Positions 10,516 through 20,500 of a stretch of DNA of 41,951 nucleotides are shown piece by piece. How positions within the stretch are numbered: the first letter of the stretch is position 1; each line of letters begins with the position of its first letter. The notes beneath the pieces are model-generated. The model had not been told where the DNA came from, made no database searches, and saw only the letters and a list, made by a program, of their open reading frames with translations. Origin of the DNA: a virus (Duplodnaviria; Caudoviricetes); the IMG/VR virus record IMGVR_UViG_3300017912_003172, positions 1 to 41,951 of that record; one strand, 5' to 3'. A program made the translations under genes and the position numbers.

Positions 10516-11368
10516 TATCTTCATTGATATTCCTGAAGAACGATTAGACAATCCCGGCTGGTATGAAAACGATGTACAAGTTGTAACAAAGAAAAGTTAC
10601 AATACAAAAATGGCATTGCTGAATAATGCTCAAGCACTAACAGCAAAGCAAAGAGAATATGCAAATAGTATAGGTGCAGACTATTTGTTATTTGAATATG
10701 ATGATAATTATCAGTTGTTCTTTGATATGATAAAAAAGGACTATCCTGAAATATCAGAGTATGATATTGTAAACTTCTATAAGCATAGAGTTATGAGAGA
10801 TATGGCTGATCAATATGATCAAGTTTGTTATCTTGATTTTGATGTTGTTCCAAATACCACCGATGATATATTCGAAGCACATAATATAGAAAACTGTTTT
10901 ATTGTTGCTGAGTGTAACAAACTTGCCATCCGTGGTAAAGTCATGGATGTTAAGCTATACAACATGTGTATTCGTAATCCGGCATCCAAGTATTGGAATG
11001 CTCACGCGTTGTTAATGGAAGATGGTTTTGATCCTGAGAATGATGTGTTCAATACAGGTATCATGGTTGCATCTTCTGAAACGATAAAAAGGCTTGACTA
11101 TTTCAAAGACTTTGATTATATTATAAAAAGAATGACAGATGTTAAGTATGATGAGTTTTCTTTATATCATCCAAACATCCAACGTGTGTTCAACTATGAT
11201 AATGAAACTGTATTCTCTTATTGGATAAAGACTCGTGAGATTGAAATTCAATATATGGATTACTATTGGCATTTTCTTGTTGACGAGACAGTAAAAGAGC
11301 CTCATCAACTTGACCCAAAAGGTAAGATGTATCACTTCATAAACAAACAAATGCAATGGGTTCTGTGA
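10496..11368 (+). CDS. GT-A fold glycosyltransferase (GT8/GT34-like)
   Basis: YANSIGADY, FYK, YDQVCYLDFD (DxD motif), FNTGIMV, DNET.FSY, W....., YHFINK. Confidence 0.75.
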   Translation: MKRVVFSIFIDIPEERLDNPGWYENDVQVVTKKSYNTKMALLNNAQALTAKQREYANSIGADYLLFEYDDNYQLFFDMIKKDYPEISEYDIVNFYKHRVMRDMADQYDQVCYLDFDVVPNTTDDIFEAHNIENCFIVAECNKLAIRGKVMDVKLYNMCIRNPASKYWNAHALLMEDGFDPENDVFNTGIMVASSETIKRLDYFKDFDYIIKRMTDVKYDEFSLYHPNIQRVFNYDNETVFSYWIKTREIEIQYMDYYWHFLVDETVKEPHQLDPKGKMYHFINKQMQWVL

Positions 11369-11378
11369 GATTTAAACA

Positions 11379-11386
11379 TATAAATA
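11379..11386 (+). promoter_or_regulatory. T4-type late promoter TATAAATA
   Basis: Exact consensus in the intergenic gap, in the context AAACATATAAATA. Confidence 0.85.
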
Positions 11387-11419
11387 AAGTCAAACACAAA
11401 TTAAATGAGCGTTTGACAC

Positions 11420-11764
11420 ATGGCCCAGTATGAAGAATTAAGCATTGACAAAGGTACCGACATCACTCTACAACTAGAGTTAGAAGACACAAGCGGTAAT
11501 CCTAAAAACCTGACAAACTATACAGTTGCTGGTAAAATTAAAAAAACATACAACAGCACCGAATCAACTTCATTCACTACAGAGATTCAAGCACCCCAAA
11601 CTGATGGGATAGTAAACTTGACTCTAACAAATGCTCAAACAGATGCTTTAAAAGCCGGTCGATACGTATATGATGTAGAGATTTCTTTCGTAGATAGTGA
11701 TGCAAATACAGTGGTAGAAAGAGTCCTTGAAGGCACAATCCAAGTCACACCATCCGTGACTTAA
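11420..11764 (+). CDS. Small baseplate/fibre adaptor protein (BppU-N-like Ig fold)
   Basis: L.IDKGTD...NLTNYT...KK.Y.S...G.V.L.LT..QT..LKAGRYVYDVEI....V.RVLEG.I.VTPSVT, a family common in marine T4-like phages. Confidence 0.7.
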   Translation: MAQYEELSIDKGTDITLQLELEDTSGNPKNLTNYTVAGKIKKTYNSTESTSFTTEIQAPQTDGIVNLTLTNAQTDALKAGRYVYDVEISFVDSDANTVVERVLEGTIQVTPSVT

Positions 11765-11779
11765 ACTCAAGGAATTCAC

Positions 11780-14700
11780 ATGAAGGTTGTAGTTGGTACA
11801 AACACAATTGTAAAAAAGGTTACTGTTGGAACACCCATACGTGTTGGGTCAGCAGCCAATGGTAGTCTAACTGGACTTGATGATGTTAACGGTTCCGTTA
11901 ATTTATCTGACGGTACAATTTTACAATATGATAGTAATTCAGGAAAATTTATCCATGTAAGTCCAGCTACAATTACTGGTAGTGGATTAGATGTTACTGA
12001 TGGAGGTGGTCTAGGATCACTCAATCATGATTCTGCACTTGCAGTTCTTACATACACAGGTCCATCTAGTGATAGTATTCATTCTTTGTTCAATGCGACT
12101 TATGATTCTAGTTCATTAGGAACTCTTTCATACAGTAATGGTACAGTAAGATTAGTGGGTCCTACAGACACACAAATTCGTAACCTGTTTAGTGCTGGAA
12201 ATGATTTAACGTATGATCCAGCAACAGGTGAGTTTTCTGTCAATGTTCCAGATACATCTACTGCGTTTGATTCCAACTTTGCTCTAAAGACAACTTCTGA
12301 TCTACCAGAAGGATCCAATCTTTATTACACTGATTCTCGTGGTCGGTCAGCAATCTCTGTTACAGATGCTGGTGGCTTTGGATCGCTAGCTTACAATTCT
12401 CCGACAGGTGAAATCACATATACTGGTCCATCAGTATCTGATATGAGAAGTGTGATTAATGTTGGAGCTAATTTAGCTTACGACTCTGCAACTGGTAAGA
12501 TTACATTCACAGGTGTACTTAATCCACCACCCTCCGAAGGAGGTACTGCATTAAATGTAGTCACCTCTGGTGATTATGGATCATTATCATACGACCAAGC
12601 CAATGCTGTTTTAACTCATGTTGGAGTTAACGATTCTGACATTCGTGGAGCAATATCAACTTCTGGTGATTTAACATATGACCAGAACACTGGTATCATA
12701 AGTTTCACAGAACGTACTGATGCTCAAATAAGAAGTCTGTTTAATGTTGGTGGAGATCTTGGTTACGATACTGCTACTGGTGTATTCTCTGTTGATCTAG
12801 GTTCAGTAGATGTTACTGATTCAGCTGTAACAAGAGCATTGTTCTCGGTTACTAATGATGCTGGTGATTATGGATCATTAGCATATGATGCATCATCTGG
12901 TCAGTTTACATTTACAAAAGTAACAGATTCAGATATTAGAAGTAGTCTTTCAGCCCAAACTCTTGCAGACTCAGCAGCTCTAGGATCACTAGTATATGAT
13001 TCAGCATTAGGAAAATTTACTTACTCAACACCAACAGCTGCTGGAATTAGAAACTTATTTTCAGCTGGTGGTGATCTGCTTTATGATCCACTAACTGGTG
13101 TTTTCAACATTGATGTACATTCAGAGTATCAAGATTCAGATGCACGTCATGCTATTGACTTTATTCATAATGCTGACTCAGTCGCCAATGTAAGAGAATA
13201 TGGTGATGTTAGCTACAATAAGAATACTGGTCTTGTAACAATCTTTGGTACACGCGATTCAGATATTCGTGGATCATTAACTGTTCAAGATTCTGGCGGG
13301 CTTGGATCACTAACATATATTGAAAAGGAAGGACGATTTGTCTTCCGTGGTGCAGGTGTTGATAGTTTATTCTCATACTTCTCGGTTGATGAGAATCCAA
13401 CTTCACTAGGTGATTTGTATCTTGACTCTGCATCCGGATCAATTAGATTCCAGTTAGATGAAGATAGTATCAGACGTTTGATATCTGTTGTATCAGATAA
13501 TGAAGGTGGTACTCATTTATCATACGATCATTCAACTGGTGTGATTACATATAGAGGTCCAAGCACACTTGAAGTTCGTGACTTGATCTCTGTAGACTCA
13601 CTAGCCAATGTTGGTGATGGATCTCTTGTATATCATGAATCATCTGGTGTCTTTACATATATTGGTCCTCAAGCATTTGAAACGAGAAAACATTTCAATG
13701 CTGGTTTAGGTCTTGATTACGATTCAGGAACTGGTACTTATAGAATAGATTCAACATCTAATTCTATTATGAATGCACTTCGTGCTGATTCAGCAGTATC
13801 TACTCCTTTACTACAAAATGAAAATGATAACATAACAATTCATCCACAGTCTGGTAATTTGGCAGATTCAGATGGATTAGTTGCTATCAAAGGTTCAGTA
13901 AGAATCTTCAACGACTTGACAGTAAATGGATCGTTTGATGTAACTGGATCGCAAGCAGTATTCAATGTTAGTCAGTTAACAGTTGAAGATCCAACAATTA
14001 ATATTGGTAAGGATATTGATACTACTACTAATGCTATAGATGGTGCTGGTTTAATATTTGGCACTGATTCAGCAAATGGTACTGGGCCGCTTGAGTTCTT
14101 ATTTAACTATGATAGTAATCGTTGGCAATTAAACAGAGGCATCAATATAGATGGTACTCTTGTTGCAACAAACATTGTATCTCCAACGACATTAAGTTTA
14201 CAACAGCAGATTGATGCATTACCAGATTCTGCGGAATCGCGAAATCTATTCTCTGCTGGACCAGGTTTAACATATGATAATAATCTGGGTATCTATAGAA
14301 TAACATCATCTGGTGTTGTAGCTGGTCAATATGGTAACGCAACTAATGTAGCCAGATTTGCTGTTGACTCTCTTGGACAAATTGATAGTATTGAAGATAT
14401 TCCTATTGCTGTTGTTGAAGGATTTGCATTCGATTCTTCAAGTGGTCAGTTAAAAATATCTACTGGTACTGCTGCACCAAATTGGGATAAGATTAAAACT
14501 GAAATTTTACGTGTTGCGGTTTTGGATTTTACATATCCTCTTTACGATTTCTTAGTAGATAGTAGAGGTGACGGATACTTATATGGTGATATCGATTTAG
14601 ATGGACAATTTGGTACACAAAATGCCGCTGCGCCAAATCCAATTACTTCTAATGATGCATCCAAAGCTAATCTATATGACCAGACCGGAACAACAGGTAA

Positions 14701-16870
14701 TGCTTTAAGCGATGCTCATATTGAACAATACTTTATTCCTGAATTAAGAAGACGTAGAATATCTGATCCAGCAACTTATGATCAGTACTTTGATTCAGCT
14801 GAGTTTTCTGTAAGACTTACACTTGATCCATATACAACTAATGATTTAGTTGAAGGTGATAGTAATTTATATTATACAACATCACGTTTTGATTCTGATC
14901 TTCGTAGTAATACATCACGTACAACTGTTCGTAGCTACTTTAGTGTCAACGATCAAGGTGGACAAGGTGCTCTTTCATACGATTCAGCGTTGGGCCAGAT
15001 TACATATACTGGAGCAGTAATTCGTAAAGCCGGCAATGGACTAGATCTTGATTCTGATACCGGAACATTTAGAACTGATAGTACAGCAGATGTAATATTT
15101 AATAGCGTACAAGCTACAGCTTCTGTTACGACAAGTAATCTATCAACAGATTCTGCATCTGCTAAAATTCTAAGACTTGATCCTAATCAGTGGACAGATG
15201 TTAATGTTCCTGATAATATTCCATGGCCTAGACAAGAAGGTGATCTATTCTATTTCCAAGGTCCTGATGCATTAACATACTCAAATCCGAGTATGAATGT
15301 TAAAATTGGTCAAGATGAAATCGTAAGAGTTTACAACAATACTGGTAGCACAATTGCAAAAGGTAAAGTTGTTTATGTTACCGGTGCGACAAATGATTTT
15401 CCAACAATTGCTCTTGCTCAATCAAATACACTTGAAACAGTATATGAAACTCAGGGTCTAACTTCACACGAAATACCAGATGCTTCATACGGCTTTGTTA
15501 CGGTTCGTGGTTTATATGGTGGATTAAATACTACACAATTTAATGTTGGTGATATTGTTCATGTTTCACCTGATTCTGCTGGTGAACTGGTTAACTATAG
15601 TCCACAGTTCCCTAACTATCCATTTGAAGTTGGTGTTGTACTTGTAGCTGACTCTGCAACAGGCGGTAATGTGGGTGGCTGTATTCAGGTTGGATTAAGA
15701 GCTGAAGTCTTTGAAAATATTCGTGTTTCAGGTAATTCAAGATTTGATGCTGACGTTACAATTGCTGGTAACTTAAATCTACTTGGATCTGAAACTCAAA
15801 CAAAAGTTGCAAACCTTGCTGTTTCTGATAACTTTGTATTCCTTGCAGCTGGTGATACTGTTACAGCTCAAGCTCTAGATTCTGGTCTTAATGATTTATC
15901 GTTTGTTGGAACATACACTGGTGATTCTGATCTTGCCTACTATATGAAAATACAAAATGCAGATTCACTTGGTGATGTTCTTGTTTGGTCATTTGATTCT
16001 AACTTTGCTTCTCTTGAACCATTTGAATCTGCTGGTGGACCAACTCTATGGAATCTTACTACAAACGGTTTAAGTGGCGATCTAAAATACGGAATTAGTT
16101 TTGAGTTTGAAGCTGCTACTGGTCACGATTCAGGCGAAAGATGGCAAGGTGATGCTGCTCCATCAAACTTAGATCTTGGTCTAATTGGTAACTACAATCC
16201 GCCAGACGGACCGTTTGCAAGAACTGGTGCTTTCAGAGATAATGCTGATGGTAGATTTAAATTCTTTGAAGGATATACTTCAGAAATAACAACTTCTATC
16301 AATACTTCTGACTCTTCATATCAAGATGCTAACATTCAGTTTGGTACTGGTTATGGTAATATTGTTGGTAACGTACAGGGTAATGTTACTGGCCAAGTTT
16401 CTGATATATCAAACCATAATACCACTCATCTTACTGAAGATCCAAATGCTACAGATTCAAGTGGTACTATGTACTTCACATCTGCAAGAGCAAGGGCTTC
16501 TATTCAAGCTGTGGATGCAGGCGGTGATGGATCATTTGTATATGATTCTGCATTAGGCACAATGACATACACTGGTCCTTCAGAAGCTGAATGGTATCAA
16601 CATTTTGTAGATAATGCAGATAGCTTTGGTGATATGGTTTGGGATTCAAGTTATGGAACAAAAGGTGGTCTATCATTACACGAACGTCACATACTAAAAC
16701 ATCAAGAAGTGTTTGCTGACTCGTTTATTAATTCACAAGAATACTTCTTGTACTATAGTGGTACGTTAGGTGAATTAAGAAAGGTTAGCGCAGACACACT
16801 CGCCAATAGAATTGGTGGAGGAGCTGGTGGTGGTGCTGGCGGTGGACTGTTAAGTTATGTTAATCTCTAA
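11780..16870 (+). CDS. Long tail fibre-like protein, repeat-rich and Asp-Ser-rich
   Basis: 1696 aa, G/S/T/D-rich. Many GSLxYDSxxGxxTYTGP and IRxLFSAGxxLxYDxxTGxF repeats; TTxDLxEGxNLYYT motifs. Confidence 0.8.
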   Translation: MKVVVGTNTIVKKVTVGTPIRVGSAANGSLTGLDDVNGSVNLSDGTILQYDSNSGKFIHVSPATITGSGLDVTDGGGLGSLNHDSALAVLTYTGPSSDSIHSLFNATYDSSSLGTLSYSNGTVRLVGPTDTQIRNLFSAGNDLTYDPATGEFSVNVPDTSTAFDSNFALKTTSDLPEGSNLYYTDSRGRSAISVTDAGGFGSLAYNSPTGEITYTGPSVSDMRSVINVGANLAYDSATGKITFTGVLNPPPSEGGTALNVVTSGDYGSLSYDQANAVLTHVGVNDSDIRGAISTSGDLTYDQNTGIISFTERTDAQIRSLFNVGGDLGYDTATGVFSVDLGSVDVTDSAVTRALFSVTNDAGDYGSLAYDASSGQFTFTKVTDSDIRSSLSAQTLADSAALGSLVYDSALGKFTYSTPTAAGIRNLFSAGGDLLYDPLTGVFNIDVHSEYQDSDARHAIDFIHNADSVANVREYGDVSYNKNTGLVTIFGTRDSDIRGSLTVQDSGGLGSLTYIEKEGRFVFRGAGVDSLFSYFSVDENPTSLGDLYLDSASGSIRFQLDEDSIRRLISVVSDNEGGTHLSYDHSTGVITYRGPSTLEVRDLISVDSLANVGDGSLVYHESSGVFTYIGPQAFETRKHFNAGLGLDYDSGTGTYRIDSTSNSIMNALRADSAVSTPLLQNENDNITIHPQSGNLADSDGLVAIKGSVRIFNDLTVNGSFDVTGSQAVFNVSQLTVEDPTINIGKDIDTTTNAIDGAGLIFGTDSANGTGPLEFLFNYDSNRWQLNRGINIDGTLVATNIVSPTTLSLQQQIDALPDSAESRNLFSAGPGLTYDNNLGIYRITSSGVVAGQYGNATNVARFAVDSLGQIDSIEDIPIAVVEGFAFDSSSGQLKISTGTAAPNWDKIKTEILRVAVLDFTYPLYDFLVDSRGDGYLYGDIDLDGQFGTQNAAAPNPITSNDASKANLYDQTGTTGNALSDAHIEQYFIPELRRRRISDPATYDQYFDSAEFSVRLTLDPYTTNDLVEGDSNLYYTTSRFDSDLRSNTSRTTVRSYFSVNDQGGQGALSYDSALGQITYTGAVIRKAGNGLDLDSDTGTFRTDSTADVIFNSVQATASVTTSNLSTDSASAKILRLDPNQWTDVNVPDNIPWPRQEGDLFYFQGPDALTYSNPSMNVKIGQDEIVRVYNNTGSTIAKGKVVYVTGATNDFPTIALAQSNTLETVYETQGLTSHEIPDASYGFVTVRGLYGGLNTTQFNVGDIVHVSPDSAGELVNYSPQFPNYPFEVGVVLVADSATGGNVGGCIQVGLRAEVFENIRVSGNSRFDADVTIAGNLNLLGSETQTKVANLAVSDNFVFLAAGDTVTAQALDSGLNDLSFVGTYTGDSDLAYYMKIQNADSLGDVLVWSFDSNFASLEPFESAGGPTLWNLTTNGLSGDLKYGISFEFEAATGHDSGERWQGDAAPSNLDLGLIGNYNPPDGPFARTGAFRDNADGRFKFFEGYTSEITTSINTSDSSYQDANIQFGTGYGNIVGNVQGNVTGQVSDISNHNTTHLTEDPNATDSSGTMYFTSARARASIQAVDAGGDGSFVYDSALGTMTYTGPSEAEWYQHFVDNADSFGDMVWDSSYGTKGGLSLHERHILKHQEVFADSFINSQEYFLYYSGTLGELRKVSADTLANRIGGGAGGGAGGGLLSYVNL

Positions 16871-16881
16871 GTAACCAAACT

Positions 16882-16889
16882 TATAAATA
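16882..16889 (+). promoter_or_regulatory. T4-type late promoter TATAAATA
   Basis: Exact consensus, intergenic, in the context AAACTTATAAATA. Confidence 0.8.
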
Positions 16890-16920
16890 ATGAGTAACTA
16901 ATCTAAAAAGAATATAGAAT

Positions 16921-17259
16921 ATGGCAGCAACATTTCATACTAGCTTTCAACATAATGTGGGCACAACACCACATACATTGTATACAGCACCAACAGGATT
17001 GACAGGACGTCATCTTATTGTTAGTTGCGTTGCTACAAATATATACGGATCCGCTTTGCCTATAACAGTAAAGTTAGTCAGAGGATCAACAGAAATATTC
17101 TTAGCTTATAATAAAAGAATTTTAGCTAATGATACTGTAGATCTTCTTATAAATAACTCTAAGATCATGATAGAGGAATACGACGAAATTCATACATCAG
17201 CTCCAGCTGACAATGCTTTCAGTATTATCATGACAATGGTAGAGGAAGTTGAAACATGA
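16921..17259 (+). CDS. Small beta-rich virion/fibre-associated protein
   Basis: VGTT...LYTAP.......V....TN.......ITV pattern common next to phage fibre genes; downstream of a late promoter. Confidence 0.65.
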   Translation: MAATFHTSFQHNVGTTPHTLYTAPTGLTGRHLIVSCVATNIYGSALPITVKLVRGSTEIFLAYNKRILANDTVDLLINNSKIMIEEYDEIHTSAPADNAFSIIMTMVEEVET

Positions 17260-17531
17260 GTAGTGACAACAGTGTTTATGGACATGATAATCAAGGAGGT
17301 ATTTATGATGGTACTTCTTATCACGATAAAACATTCTATGGTTTTAAACTAAGTCCACAAACAGGTGATTGTACAGTAGATATTATCCGAAGTGATGATA
17401 GTGATGCTATCATTCTTCCTCAGGCAGACAACATTGGCGGAGACGATTACAAAGCGCATTTCTTTAGTATGGATGCGATAGAATTTGAATTCAACCATAG
17501 TACTGGCCATTTGAAGATGAAATATCTTTAA
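17256..17531 (+). CDS. Hypothetical protein
   Basis: ATGA overlap with the previous gene; TFYGFKL...G motif and GHLKMKY end. Confidence 0.65.
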   Translation: MSSDNSVYGHDNQGGIYDGTSYHDKTFYGFKLSPQTGDCTVDIIRSDDSDAIILPQADNIGGDDYKAHFFSMDAIEFEFNHSTGHLKMKYL

Positions 17532-17563
17532 TAAATAGCAGTATAGTAATATAGGATCGAAAG

Positions 17564-20500
17564 ATGGCAACGATTATAGACCTCGGTAAGTTAAGATTTC
17601 ATTTTGCTGGTGAATGGAGTAACAGCACCACATATGAAATCAACGACATCGTAAAGTACGGTGGTAACGTATATGTTTACAGTAACATAGCAAGATCAAG
17701 TGGTAACTTACCTACTGATGATGCATATTGGGCATTGATGGTAGAAGGATTTAAGTTTAGATCTGACTGGGATGCAAGCACACAATATCGAATTGGTGAT
17801 GGTATCGCACATGGTGGTGTTGTTTACATTGCTATTGCAGATTCACAGAACCAAGTTCCACCCAACGCAACTTATTGGAGTCAGTTTGCCGATGGTATCC
17901 AATGGGAAGGTGAGTGGAACACTACTACTGCTTATCAAGCAAGTGATGTTGTAAAATATGGTGCTCAAGCATATATTGCTAAACAAGATGTTCCAGCTGG
18001 AACCGATCCATCCAGCTTAACATTCTGGGATACATTTGTAAGTGGTATTAGCGCTGAAGGTGTATACAATGCTGGTACAGCTTATGTTGATGGAGACTTA
18101 GTTGCATACGGTGCAAACATATATCGTTGTATTGCTAATAGTACGGGTAACCTTCCAACCGATCCACTCTTCTTTGAATTATTTTCAACAGGTAATGACT
18201 TTAGAGGAGTATGGGCTTCCACTACACAATATCTGATTGGCCAAACAGTTCGTTACGGTGGTAATGTATACGAAGCAAAACGTGACACTATTGGTGATGT
18301 TCCTGATACATCAACTGATGATTGGGAACAGTTTACAACTGGTATTTCTAATAGAGGCACATGGACAACTGCAACAGAATATCATATTAACGATGTTGTT
18401 GCTCATGGCGGTAACACATACATTGTTCTTATTTCACACACAGCAGGTGTATTTGCTACTGACTTAGCTGCAGGAAAGTGGGAAAAGTTTAACAGTGGTG
18501 TTCGTTATATGGGTGCTTGGACTTCAGGTACTGAATATCTAAAAGACGACATTGTTAGTGAAAGTGTTAGTACATACATTGCTACACAAGACCACACTGC
18601 AGGCGCAGACTTCTTTGTTGACTTTAACACAAATGGTTATTGGAACAACTTTGTGGTTGGTGCTAGTTATGTGCTTCCATCAACAACAGGAAACGCAGGT
18701 AAGTATCTACAAACACCAGATGGAACAAACTATAGTTGGCAATTTGCAGGCGCTAACGATAAAATCTTTTATGTATCTGAAGATGCTACAAGTTCTGCAG
18801 ATGATTCGGATCATGGACAGGCAGTTGACTATGCATTTGCAAGCCTAAGATTTGCTTGTGATTTCATTAGTGCTGATATTGCAAATAGAACACCTGCTAC
18901 AATTTTTGTTAAAGATGGTACATACAGCGAACAACTTCCTATCTATATTCCACCAGAAGTAACTATTGTCGGTGATGGTCAGCGTAACTGTATCATTCAA
19001 CCAGATACAACTTCAGATATTGGTTTTGGTGCTGGTATCTCTGGTGATGGTGTAACACCAAACAATCAACAAACAATGTTCTTTGTGAACACAGGAACAA
19101 TGATTGAAGGTCTAAACCTAAAAGGTTTGACAGGTTTTGCTTTAGGAACAACTACACCTACAGATCCTAACGATGCTACAATTGGTGGTGTTTACTTTAG
19201 ATTGACTCCAGGTGCAACAATTCTCAAGTCACCATACATTAAAGAATCAAGTGCATTCTCATCAGGTGGTGTTGGTGCAATTGTTGATGGATCAGTTGTT
19301 GCCACCGGCACTGCTGGTTCAATGGTTTTCCACACATATACACAAGTGCATGATGGTGGTATTGGTTTCTGGATTAAAGATAACGGTCTTGCAGAGATTG
19401 TGTCTTGCTTTACTTACTACTGTGACATGGGTTATGTGTCATCTGGTGGTGGTAAGATTAGATCACTAAACGGTAACAACTCATATGGTACATATGGTAC
19501 AATCAGTACTGGTTACGACAGTGACGAACTTCCTGTAAATGGTTATATGTATGGTGATACACTAACATATGATCCTGCAACACTGAACACTTCAGAAGGT
19601 TTTACTGTTAATGATACTATCACAGGGCCTACAAAGACTGGTAGTCGAATTGTAACAGATCTTAGTATTGCTTCTCAAGCAGCTGTTACAACAAGAAAAA
19701 CTGCAACTGTATCAGCCGCTACAGCAGCAAACCCAGGACAAATTACAACAGCTACAGCTCATGGATTTGAGAATGGCCAGAGCATTTCATTCTCTGGTGT
19801 TGGTGGTATGGTTGAACTTAATGGCAATAGTTATACAATTACTGTGGTAGATTCAACCAACTTTACAATTGGTGTTGATACTTCAGCATTCACAGCTTAC
19901 ACATCAGGTGGTCTAGCTACACTAGGTGGTGGACATGGGTTATCGTCTGGTGATGCAATTACATTTAGTAATGTTGGTGAAGCTGCGTGGTCAGCACTAT
20001 TAGGCGACTTTGCGGCAAATGATAAACGTCAATGGTATGCAGATGTTCAAGATAGTGACACGTTTAAACTAACTACTAACTACGACTTAACCAACTACTT
20101 TGATACAAGATCAGAAGCTGGTTGGGGTTACGTAATTGTAAACTTTACTGACGCTACACGTTCTAATCCTGTTCGCGTTACTGCAGCAGGTCATGGATTT
20201 ACTTCAGGTGATCTAATGACAGAAGTGAGTGGAGTAGTTGGTATGACAGAGCTGAATGGTAATGATTACTATGTCAGCGTTGTGGATGCAAACACACTAG
20301 ATCTATACCTAGATGCTGGATTAACAAGTGGTGTTAATGGTGTTGCTTACGGTGCTTATGTATCCGGTGGTAACGGTACTAGAACTCTAACAGGTACAAC
20401 TCTTACAGCTTGTGACTTTAGAGTTGACGATGCTGTTTCAGCAGTTGTTAAAAACATTCAGACTAACCTAACAGTTAACCACAGACTAGTTATATCTGAC

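Noticed and set aside
16813-16845. GGT/GGA/GCT low-complexity run
   Set aside because: It simply encodes a GGGAGGGAGGG linker at the fibre C-terminus.
17148-17155. Additional TATAAATA inside the 16921 gene, and variants AATAAATA (17530) and GATAAATA (23104)
   Set aside because: They may be real secondary late promoters, but they are intragenic or imperfect in AT-rich DNA, so they are not called as features.
11780-18660. CRISPR-like or DNA-level tandem repeat arrays in the fibre genes
   Set aside because: The repeats are degenerate coding repeats, with no identical direct repeats separated by spacers.
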